In this document: positions 1 to 10,000 of the stretch, in pieces
Layout: each line of letters begins with the position of its first letter
Numbering within the stretch: the stretch's first letter is position 1
NCBI GenBank assembly: GCA_014905635.1
Contig: JABVCE010000078.1
Span: 122,001 to 154,396 of the forward strand
Direction of reading: 5' to 3'
DNA from: Scenedesmus sp. PABB004
Lineage: Eukaryota
DNA: 32,396 bases
Notes under the pieces: model-generated
Databases searched by the model: none
Seen by the model: only the letters and a program-made list of their open reading frames with translations
Told to the model about the DNA's origin: nothing
Made by a program: the position numbers and the translations under genes

Positions 1-1
1 T

Positions 2-3000
2 TCAGTTTACGCAATGAAAGAACAAAAATTCAAAACTCAAAATTTGGAAGCGTTGAAATTTCAAAAATTTGAAAATTTCAACTATTTCTCGACATTAAAA
101 AAATCATCCTTATCGTTTTTCAATTTTGAATTCTTTTTTCAAAATTTTTCACTGAATCTTTTTTCAAAAAAATTTCAAAAAGAAAATTTCTTGAAAAAAC
201 AAAAACAACATTTTTTTTCATTTTCTTCAAAAAGTGAAGTATTTACGAAATTCAATCATTGTTTTCTTCACCAAACTCTGACAAAAGTTTTTTCATTGAA
301 TTTTCAACAAAAACTTCCTCAGAAAAATTTTCAGAGTCCACAAAACATTTTTTTTGAAGCACTTGAAAAATCACATCGAATTCAATTTTTCAAAGGGAAA
401 AAAATAGCAACTTCTTTGAAAAGTCAATGTTTTACTATTCTTCCTTTTCAAAGAGTTTCTTTTCCGCAACTCAAAAATAATCAGCAAAATGAAGAAATTT
501 TCTTCAAAGAAAAAAAAAACTCAGAAGTTTTTTCTTTTTCACCAAAAAAATTTCTTGTAAAAGTTGAACCAGGATGGGTATGTATTTTTCCAAATTCATC
601 ATTTTTTTTCGATTGGCATCAAATAGAACGAAAAGCAGGCCACTTTTTTGGAAAAGATTTTTGTTTTGAACAACAGAAAATTCTTTTGAAAACAGTTCTT
701 CTGGACGTCAATTTGTCTTCTCAAAAAATTTCTTCACCGAAAGGTGAAGAAAAATTTCACTCTTCTTTTCATACTGATTTTGAAAAAACGACTTCAAAAC
801 GAAATTTTTGTGCACAAATAATTCACAAAAATTCAAATTGTCGTTTTTCAAATATTGATTCTCTTTATGCTTTTCAAACTTTTTCTTCAAATTTTGTTTC
901 GAGTGGAACAGAAACTTTTCTGGTGGAGAAAAAAACTTTTGGTGAGCAAAAACATAGACCAGCTCTTTTTTTCCGATCTTTTCAATATAAAGTTGTTGAA
1001 AATGGAAAAAATTACAAACCTATTTTTCAACAACAAACCATTGAGAATTCATATGAAAAAAGTGATTCAATTTCTTATCTTTCATCATTAAATATTTATA
1101 AAAAGTATCATTCAAATATTTTGAATCTTCAAATGCGAGAAAAAACTTTCTTTCATTCCTCAAAAAATTTTGATGCAACAATTCAATCAGCATTTTCTCA
1201 AATTCACCGAAGAAAAGAAATTCTTTTGAGATCTTTTTTTTCACGAAATTCTATTTCTGGGAAACCCACGTTTTCCAAGTTGAAAAAAAATATGGCAAAA
1301 TTTGATTTTCATGCTTCAAAAAAATCAATATTCCAAAAAACTTTCAATTCTTCAGATTTTTCAAAAAAACAAATTTTTTCAAAATTTCATTTGTTTTTAT
1401 CTCGCAATTTTTTCAAAGTTTCACACCAAATTGAGGAAAAAAAACCAATAGGAACCTTCATAAAAAATAGAAATTTTCAACTTTCAAATATCCCAAGAAG
1501 CAATTCTCAACAAAACAAATATTTCTTTTCATTTTATCCAATACAATTTTTACCAATTTTTGTCTCAACTTCTTTTCATTATTTTGATTTCGACGAAAAA
1601 GAATCTCAAGTTTTTCAGACTTTCTTTTTTCATCCATTGACAACAACAATGAATTTTTCTCTTCATCAAAAAAAAGCATTTTCTTTTACACAAAGATTTT
1701 CTTCATTCCTCTTTTCCAAAAAATTCAATCAAACATCTTTTTGGCAAAATAAAGATGGAACAAGTTTTTTCTATGAAAAATTCCTTCAAAAAAAGAATTC
1801 AAAACGACTTTCTCAAATAGCTTCTTTCTTTGAGAGAAATCAATTTTCTCAACATCAACAACAAAAGATGCAAAGTTTAAAACATGAAAAAACGAAGAAA
1901 GCAAAAATTCAACTTTTTCAAAATTTTCTTTTTCAAAAAAATTCAATGTTTTTTGCAAATACAAAATTTTTCAGTCCATTTGAGGGAGAACTTATTTCAA
2001 TGTATACAAATGATACAAATTGGTGGAAACAAGCTTCTGAAATTTCAACAATTCAAAAATTGAATACATTTTTCAGTGTTCTAACAAAAGACGATTTATT
2101 TTCACTTGAATTTGTGAATGAAAAAAGACAAAAAGAAAAATACAAAAATTTTGAACTTTTTCCATTTGAAGAAAAGAAGGAAGATGAAAATATTTGTGTT
2201 TCATTTCCTACTTCAAAACAAAATACGAGTCGTATTTTTCTCAATTTTGAACAAAAAACAAAATTCATTGAAATTCAAAGAAAATATTCTTTACAAACAA
2301 AACAAAAAAATTTATTGCAACTTTATCAATATGTATTTCAAACTCAAAAAACTTTTCAGTCACCTGGCAATTTGAAAAATCGTTCAGATGCAAAATATAA
2401 ACTTTTTGATCATTGTTTAGAAAATAGTGGCTTTCAGCAATTGAAAAATCAAAATGAAATTTTTGAAAGAACTATTGAAATTTCATCTTTTTTGACAAAA
2501 TATGAAAAGAAAATTTTTAAATTTCAAAACTTCAAAATTGGGTATTTTGATCTCTCAAAAAATCCTCGTTTAGGAAAATTTTTTGTTTATGGTGATTCTT
2601 TGTTAAATTTTGCAATTCGAAAACCAGGTATGGTTGTTCATCTTAGTTCTTTTAAAACAACTTTCCGCCGTGGTCAACCTTTTTTAGTCTCACCAAATGG
2701 AATTTTACATTTAGCGAATACACCATATATTCAAAAAAATGTTCCAATTTTAACATTACCATATCAAACTGTTCAATCAGGAGATATTGTTCAAGGTATT
2801 CCAAAAGTTGAGCAATTTTTTGAAGCACGAACAACCATTCAAGGAAGATTATTTCTTTCAAGTCTACCTATTTTATTAAAAGGAATTTTTGAACGTTATA
2901 AATTTATGCTTCCTTTTGACCAAGCAGTTCGACAAAGTTTTTTAAAAATTCAACAACTTATTGTCGATGGTGTTCAACGAGTTTATCGATCTCAAGGTGT

Positions 3001-3364
3001 AAGTATTGTTGATAAACATTTAGAAGTAATTGTTCGACAAATGACAACAAAGGTTCAAATTCTTCATGGTGCTCAGACAGGTTTTTTTCCTGGTGAGCTT
3101 GTAAATTTAGATTTAGTTGAACGAATTAATAAATTTTTACTTGTCAAAATTCGTTATGAGCCTGTAATTCTTGGAATTACTCGTGCCTCATTAGAAGTTG
3201 AGAGTTTTTTATCAGCATCGAGTTTTCAACAAACAACAAAAATTTTAGCACTTGCTTCAATTTCTCGAAAAAAAGACTTTTTAAAAGGTTTAAAAGAAAA
3301 TATTTTGGTAGGGAATTTAATGCCTTCGGGAACTGGTTACATGGTACTTTATAAAAATTTCTAG
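2..3364 (+). CDS. rpoC2: RNA polymerase beta'' subunit, 3' portion (5'-truncated by window), with large low-complexity insertions
   Basis: Frame is open from position 2, upstream of the ATG at 14. C-terminus has RpoC2 motifs GDIVQGIPKVEQFFEAR, VQRVYRSQGVSIVDKHLEVIVRQMT, LGITRASLEVESFLSASSFQQTTKIL, DFLKGLKENILVGNLMPSGTG. TAG at 3362-3364. Confidence 0.96.
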   Translation, partial: SVYAMKEQKFKTQNLEALKFQKFENFNYFSTLKKSSLSFFNFEFFFQNFSLNLFSKKFQKENFLKKQKQHFFSFSSKSEVFTKFNHCFLHQTLTKVFSLNFQQKLPQKNFQSPQNIFFEALEKSHRIQFFKGKKIATSLKSQCFTILPFQRVSFPQLKNNQQNEEIFFKEKKNSEVFSFSPKKFLVKVEPGWVCIFPNSSFFFDWHQIERKAGHFFGKDFCFEQQKILLKTVLLDVNLSSQKISSPKGEEKFHSSFHTDFEKTTSKRNFCAQIIHKNSNCRFSNIDSLYAFQTFSSNFVSSGTETFLVEKKTFGEQKHRPALFFRSFQYKVVENGKNYKPIFQQQTIENSYEKSDSISYLSSLNIYKKYHSNILNLQMREKTFFHSSKNFDATIQSAFSQIHRRKEILLRSFFSRNSISGKPTFSKLKKNMAKFDFHASKKSIFQKTFNSSDFSKKQIFSKFHLFLSRNFFKVSHQIEEKKPIGTFIKNRNFQLSNIPRSNSQQNKYFFSFYPIQFLPIFVSTSFHYFDFDEKESQVFQTFFFHPLTTTMNFSLHQKKAFSFTQRFSSFLFSKKFNQTSFWQNKDGTSFFYEKFLQKKNSKRLSQIASFFERNQFSQHQQQKMQSLKHEKTKKAKIQLFQNFLFQKNSMFFANTKFFSPFEGELISMYTNDTNWWKQASEISTIQKLNTFFSVLTKDDLFSLEFVNEKRQKEKYKNFELFPFEEKKEDENICVSFPTSKQNTSRIFLNFEQKTKFIEIQRKYSLQTKQKNLLQLYQYVFQTQKTFQSPGNLKNRSDAKYKLFDHCLENSGFQQLKNQNEIFERTIEISSFLTKYEKKIFKFQNFKIGYFDLSKNPRLGKFFVYGDSLLNFAIRKPGMVVHLSSFKTTFRRGQPFLVSPNGILHLANTPYIQKNVPILTLPYQTVQSGDIVQGIPKVEQFFEARTTIQGRLFLSSLPILLKGIFERYKFMLPFDQAVRQSFLKIQQLIVDGVQRVYRSQGVSIVDKHLEVIVRQMTTKVQILHGAQTGFFPGELVNLDLVERINKFLLVKIRYEPVILGITRASLEVESFLSASSFQQTTKILALASISRKKDFLKGLKENILVGNLMPSGTGYMVLYKNF
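733..748 (-). repeat. Dispersed hairpin repeat copy inside rpoC2 (TTCACC-GAAA-GGTGAA)
   Basis: Exact reverse complement of the TTCACCTTTCGGTGAA cores at 24478 and 25960. Translated in frame within SSPKGEE. Confidence 0.7.
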
Positions 3365-3417
3365 CAATTTCTATCTTGAAAAACTTCTCTTTTGTCTTGC
3401 ATTTTTTCCTTTTTAGG

Positions 3418-3450
3418 TCACTTCACTTCACCTTAAGGTGAAAAGGTGAA
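3418..3450 (+). repeat. Dispersed hairpin repeat (core TTCACCTTAAGGTGAA 3427-3442) downstream of rpoC2
   Basis: TCACTTCACTTCACCTTAAGGTGAAAAGGTGAA, followed by a degenerate second copy at about 3457-3493. Confidence 0.9.
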
Positions 3451-3555
3451 AAGAGGTTCACTTTTATGTGAATAGGTAAAGAAGTGAAGAAAATTTCACT
3501 TTTGGATCGCGTTTTTCTACTTTTTCCAAAAACGTCAATGAAAGTTTTTTTCTTT

Positions 3556-3632
3556 AAAAAAGTCAAAATTCATTGACGTTTTTGAAAGTTTTTTTTGAAT
3601 TTTCAAAAACGTCAATGAATTTTGACTTTTTT
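3556..3632. repeat. Perfect 32-bp inverted repeat with 13-nt loop
   Basis: AAAAAAGTCAAAATTCATTGACGTTTTTGAAA (3556-3587) is the exact reverse complement of 3601-3632. Confidence 0.92.
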
Positions 3633-3650
3633 TTGAAAATTCAGTATAAT
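3622..3650 (+). promoter_or_regulatory. Sigma70-type promoter upstream of trnT/ftsH
   Basis: TTGACT (3622-3627), 17 nt, TATAAT (3645-3650), about 90 nt upstream of trnT. Confidence 0.7.
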
Positions 3651-3740
3651 AAAATAAAAAAGTTCAATTCACAGAATTTTGAAAACTGTTCAACTGAATT
3701 TTTCAAAGAAGTCGAAAGATTTGATGAATTTTTTTTGTCT

Positions 3741-3813
3741 GCCTGCTTAACTCAATCGGTAGAGTATCGGTTTTGTAAACCGAAGGTTATCGGTTCAACT
3801 CCGATAGTAGGCT
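3741..3813 (+). tRNA. trnT-UGU: tRNA-Thr(UGU)
   Basis: Acceptor GCCTGCT/AGTAGGC, anticodon arm TCGGT-TTTGTAA-ACCGA, T arm ATCGG-TTCAACT-CCGAT. Confidence 0.96.
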
Positions 3814-4044
3814 TTTTCAAAGTATTTGTCTTTTTGAAATATGTTTGGAAAAAATAATTTATTAGTCAATTGAAAAATTAATAAATTTTTTCTAGAAAAA
3901 GAAAAAGGGAAAATCTACGTGTGGTTCTTCAGAATCTCAAAATAGTATTTGAGAATTCCTCTTTTTTCTCATTTTTTTATTTAATATAGAGCTCAAATGA
4001 AAAATAATTTTTTTTTATTTTTCGAATATTTTTTTTAATCTTTT

Positions 4045-7000
4045 ATGAAATCTAAAAAATCTCTTTTTAAAAAATTTCATCGCAAATATGCATTTTTACA
4101 AACAAGTCTATTTGACTTTTTGCTTTGGCGGAATTCTAATTTCAAAATTCATGACAATAGAAATTTTGTGAAGAACTTGAATACAAAAACTCAAGACGTA
4201 TTTCTCGAAAATGAAAAAATTTCTTTTCAAGAATATTGGAAAAATTCAGAAAACAAAAAAATCAGAAACTCTATTCAAAATATGAATCAAGAATTTTTGA
4301 TTGACAAAAAGGTCAAAAAAAATCAGACTGAAGTTTTGACAAATCGGTTGATATCAAAAGTTGAACAAAAAAAGTTGAAGAAAATTTTCACAAAAACGAA
4401 ATACTCAAAATTCAAAGTTCAAAATTTTTATTTAATTAATTTTCACAAGAGCCTATCAATTCGAAATTCTTCATTGCTTCAAAAGTCAACAAGTGAAACA
4501 TTTATTCCTGAAACGGATTATTTTGTTCAAAAAAATCTCTTTTCTTTTTTTCAAAATTTGAAAATTGGGCAATTTTTTCCAATGAAAAAACATTTTCAAC
4601 AATATTGGATTTTTCCATTATTAGGTTTTGTTTTATTTTTTTCGTCAAATTTTGAACAAAAACATCAATTAAAGTTTCAAAGTCAAAATAATTCTTTTCC
4701 TTTCGGGACTTTTTTGAAAACGCCAACTTCAACAAAAACAGGGCTCTTTTTGAAAGAGTCTTGCGATACTCCAATAGAAAAAGCTGATTTCCAAAAACAA
4801 AACTTTTTTTATCCAAAAGAATTTTTGTCACCTTTAGGGAAAGAAAATTTTCATGCTTTGGAAAATAAAGAATTTCAAGAATTTGCAAATTTTTCTTTGA
4901 AATTTTTTCGCGATTCTCTGTATTCACCTTCTTTTGAAACTTCTGAAAGTCAAATATTAAGAAAATACTGTGAAAAAACTTTTTTTCAATCACAAAAGTT
5001 TCGAAATGCTCTTGAACAAAAAAGAAATGTTTTCAATTGGACATGGTTTTCAGTAAAACCAGAGTTTTCATCTATTTTTCAAAAAACTTGTTTTTTGAAG
5101 CGATCACTTCAAATTCCTCAAAAAGGACAGTTTTTTTCTTTGAAAAATTCCGAAATGTTTGTTTTTTCTCAAAAAAAAATGAAAAGTTTCACCAATGGAA
5201 CACCCATTTTCGATTTTTCAAATATGCACTTTTTTTTCAATGATTTTGAACGAAATTTAGCAATGCCTGGTTATCTTCTAAAGTTGCAAGATACTCCTTT
5301 TTCTTTCCAAAATCTTGCAAATATAGGTTCAAAAAATGACTTTTTGAAAAATTCCACTATTTCAACTATTGAAGCAAAAAATTTTTTCAATTCTTTAGAA
5401 AAAGAAGATATTCAATTTTTCAATGTTCTTTTCTCGAAAAAAAAGAACAAAGTTGATTTCAAAGAAAAGCAAACTCAATCCAAAACTTTTCTATTTTTAG
5501 AAAAATGGTTAGAAACACAGACATTTTGGCAAATTCAGAAAAAAACAAAAACTCTTGATTCTCAACGAGAACGTGGGGCAAACTCTTTTGAAGGTGTTCA
5601 AAACAAAAGTGAAAATCTTTCTCCTGCAGTTTTTCAAAAACTACAATCCACTTGTTTAATGAATTTAGATTCTCTTTATTTTCAAAAAGTTTTACAATCT
5701 GGTGACATATTCCAAAAAGTTTTTGAAAATCAAATTGAAAAAAATGATGTTTTCAATTTTGAATTGCAAAAAAAAGTGAAAACTCTCAACAATTTAAAAA
5801 ACTTGTCCGCTTTTTTAACTTTAAAAAAAGATGAAAAGAATTTTCAAAATCGAAGTCGAAAACTATTTTTTTCAAACGAAAAGAGTTTTTCTTTGTGTTT
5901 GAAAAAACAAACTTTTGATTGTTTTCTTTTTCAGTATTATAACAAAGAATATAAAAAATTTCGAAATTCTATGTTTTCTGAAAAAAACAAATTTGAGAAA
6001 TCTGTACTTCAAAAAATTCTTTTCCCTTCTTTTCTGAAAAAACAAAAGTTTTTCAGAAAAGGGAGCAACTCCTTTTTCACTCAAAAAATTTCAAAAAATA
6101 TTTGTTTTTCTCCAGTCTCTCTTTTTCACGCAGAAAATGAAAAATATGTTTCCAACTCAAATTTTTTCAAAACAAAGTTGAATTTTAATACAATTGACCT
6201 TTTTCAAAAAGAAAGTTCACAAAGTTTCCTTCCATCAATATCTGGAACTCAGTTTGAAAGTCCTTTGCTTTTCGATTATTCAAATGAACAAAATACTCAA
6301 CGAGATTCTATGTCAACTGTGTATCTGAAAAAGCAAAGAAGAGAAAACCAAGAATTTTGGAAAAACCCTGCGTTTGTTTTTGGAAATTCATTCCTTGAAA
6401 ATTCTCAAAGTGTTTTTTCTTCAAAGTATTTTAGTCTTGTACCTTCTCTTGAAATTTTTTCTGGGAGCCATACTTCAAATAAAGTTTTCAAGTTTTCAAA
6501 GATCTCAGATTATTTTTCAAATCCACTTTTGAAAAAATTTTCGTCACCTTTAAATGAAGAGAACACGTCATTTTTTTATTCATTAAAAAGATCGTTTTTT
6601 GACACTTTTTTTGGAAAATTCTTCAAGAAAATGAAAACAAATTTCTTTTTTCATGACTCAAAATTTTTCTTTTTTGAAAAAGCGTTTTTCTTTGAAAACA
6701 CAAAAAAGGAAAAACCTTTTATTTTTCAAAAAAGTTCAAAAAATTCTCTCTATTTTTTTCAGAATTCAACCACATTCAAGAGGAATCAACTTGAAAAAAA
6801 CCAACTTCTGTGGAAGAAATGGACAACATCTTTTGTTTTCAAAAAAAATCCCAAAAGTTTTCTTTCATCTCCTTCAAAAATTTCTTTCCAAAAGTACAAA
6901 TCATCTTTTTTGAACTTTCAATCGCGAAAATTCGAAAAACTTTTCAATGCATTTTTTTCCCCATTGAATAAAGAAACTGTGTTTTCATTTCAAAGCAAAA

Positions 7001-10000
7001 TGAACAATTTGGAAAGTGAGAAAACTTTTCACTCTTTTTCAGTGTCAAAGTTGAAGAAAGAAAAAGATATTCTTCTTTTAAAAAATCTGTCAAATGTTTT
7101 ACAAAAACAGTTAAAAAATTCAAATAATCATTCTTTTTTCATATCTCAAAAAAATGGAAAAAACCAACAGTCTTTCGTCCAGTTTTCAAAATTTCAGAAA
7201 GAAATCAAAAATAAAACGTTTCGATCTTCAACTCAAGAAAATTCAGAAGGAATTTTTTCAACTTCAGAAATTTCTCCAACGGCACTTCTTAAAAGAGATG
7301 GTTTTCTATTTTTTCCGGAAAGCAAAAATAGAAACAATTCAAAACTTTTCCAAAATAAAAATTTTCAAAATTCTTTGTTGAAAAGATTTGAAAAAGAAAA
7401 ATCACTTCAAAAAAAACGTCGTTTAAAAAAACAAAAACTTGAAACACGACGAAGAAAAAAAAGAAAACGTTTTTTTCCTCGTCCTCTTTGGTTACGTTTT
7501 CATTTATATAAAAAGTTTTTAAAAAGTCGTCATCCAAAGAAAGAGTTTCATTCTTTTTTCCAGAAAAATACAACTTTTCAAAATGGAAATACAAATTTTC
7601 AAACTTTTTCTTTTTTGCTGAAAAAATCTCAAACTCCTTCTTTCAAAGAATTTTCTTGTTTTCAAAAAATTCAACCAAAATATTTTTTTCATATTCAATC
7701 CAACAAGCGTTGGAAAAATGTCTTTGTGCAATCATTTGAATCCAAGAAAATGTTGAAAAACACACAAACTTTTCGTTTCTCTCGTTTTTTTTCTGAACAA
7801 AAAAAGAAACTTTTTTTTGAAAATTCAAAAATTTTTTCTTCAAAGAATTTTTCAAAAAATCAAAATTCTCTTCAAATATCAAAATTGTATTTAAAAAATC
7901 GTGAAAAGTGGGGTTTTTCTTCTCCACTATTTGGTGAAAAAAATGAATTTTTGGAAAAAATGTTTTTTCAACAAATGCAAGGAAACATGAATCTTGTGAA
8001 AAAACAAGCAAATTTTTCTGGTGTTCAAAAAAGTCCACTTTCTTTCAATCGTGAAGATTATAAAATATCAGGAGAAATTTTAAGTGAATTTCTTCGTCTT
8101 TCATGGAAATCATATTGGTTTCAAACAAATTTTCAACCATATACACATCGAATTCGAGAAAATTTTCGAAAAATGCAAAAAATTGAAAGTCAGAAAGCTT
8201 TTTCAGAATATAGTATTTTTGATTTTTTTGGAAGAAGTCAATTTGTTCATCTTTTTCAAAATTTTCCAATTTTTCAAACATCTCAACCTGAATGTTCACA
8301 AAATGATTTAATTTTTCAAAAAGCTATCTTTCAAAAATTTTTGTGGTATTCAAATATTCGAAATTCTTTTGAATCAAGTCCGAGTGTTCGATCAGCTTTT
8401 TTTGGAACTTCTTCCTCACCTTTCAATTTCCAAAATATGCAAAATCTTCCAGAGTATAATAGAATACTGTATTCACGAATTTCAGAAGTTTTCAAAAATT
8501 TCAAATCTGCTGAAACAAATGAAGATTATTTCCAGCGAGATTTCATGAATAATTTGAAAATGCCCAAAAGAAAAAATGAAGCAATTTCAGGAAATTTGTC
8601 ATTTTTGACAAAATCTGCTTTATTCTTTGAAAATTTGTCTATTCCAAGTCAACCTGTTCTTCCTGCCTTTTCCTTATTTTCATCATTATTTAATGATACT
8701 TCAATTAAACCTACAGGGGATCTTCCTACTTTACGAGCATTATGGGCTCTTCAAAAAACAAATTTTTATCAATTCCAAGAAACAAATTCTATTCGAAATT
8801 TATGGACTTTAAAAAAACGTACAGAAAGTTTAAAATCCTTCAAAGGAACAAAAAAGGTTGTAAGCTTTTTTCGAAAATATAGTGGTTTAGAAAAATTGAA
8901 TTCTCCAAAATTTTTGAAAGAAAATTCTGCACCGGTTTTTTCTCCAGTTGAAGTTGCAAATGACAAACATTTTCAAAATGAAAAAAAGATATTTTCAAGT
9001 GGTTCGGAAACTTTTGAAAAGAAAAAGCTTTTATTTTTCTCAAAAGGAAAAGGAAATAGTTCTGATTTTTTCCAAGATTTAGATACTCGATCTCTTCAAA
9101 AATTTCAAAAAGTCCAAGAAAAGTGTTCCATTTTTGGGATTAATACAATTCAACAAAATTCAAAAATTTCATTACGTTATTTAAAATTTCATTTGTTCTC
9201 AAAAAATTCAATGTCAAATTTTGCAAGCTTTGTCAATGCGAGCGAAGACAAAACTTCTTTTGTCAAAGAGACAAATGAAGTTCATTCTCTTTCTCGATCA
9301 AAAAAATATCAAAATTCGACTTCAGTAATGAAGCCAATTCCTCAAAATTCAGCGAAATCTTCTTTAAATTTTTGGTGGGCTCAACAAAATTTTCAGCGTT
9401 CTGAACTTTTTAGTATTTCACAAACAAAAACATTCAATTATTTTCAATTTCTCCCCTTTTCAAACACAAATTTCGATGAAAAAACACAAGAAACCTTTTT
9501 TCCTCTTCATGAGAAGAAAAGAAATTTTGATCTTTCTGTTTTTCAACCCCAACTTTTTGTTTTTGGAGCAATCATTTTTCATTTAGCGTTGGTTTTTACA
9601 CTTTTCAAAATTCCTGAAATTCGAAGTGTTTTAAAATTTCAATGTCTTGTTCTTTTTAAATTTTTTCATGGTTTTTTTGTTCTTATTTTTTCAATTTATG
9701 ATCTATTAAAAAAATATACAGCACAAGCAAAATCTATTTTCAAAAAAATCAAAAATGTTTCAGTGCTCTCTTCTCCAAAGCAATTTCTTCCTTTTGATTC
9801 TTCTTTTTCAAAAAGTCAAGATTTTCAAAAATTTGTTTTTTCGAGAACAAATTTTTTTGAAGAAAAAAATTTGAAAAGTCTTTTTCATCCCTCAGTTTTT
9901 TATTTTGACCAATCATTTTCAAAATTTCCACAAAAGAAATTTGCATTAAATTCGAGTCATGGTGAACAAAATTTTTCTTTGAATCACTCAAAGACTTTAT

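Noticed and set aside
3573..3857. 94-aa ORF between rpoC2 and ftsH
   Set aside because: Overlaps trnT, the promoter and the inverted repeat. No protein features.
4820..7945. TCACCTTTAGG (about 4828), TCACCTTTAAATGAA (about 6544) and CCACTATTTGGTGAA (about 7924) in ftsH as repeat remnants
   Set aside because: Too degenerate to separate from chance Ser-Pro codons.
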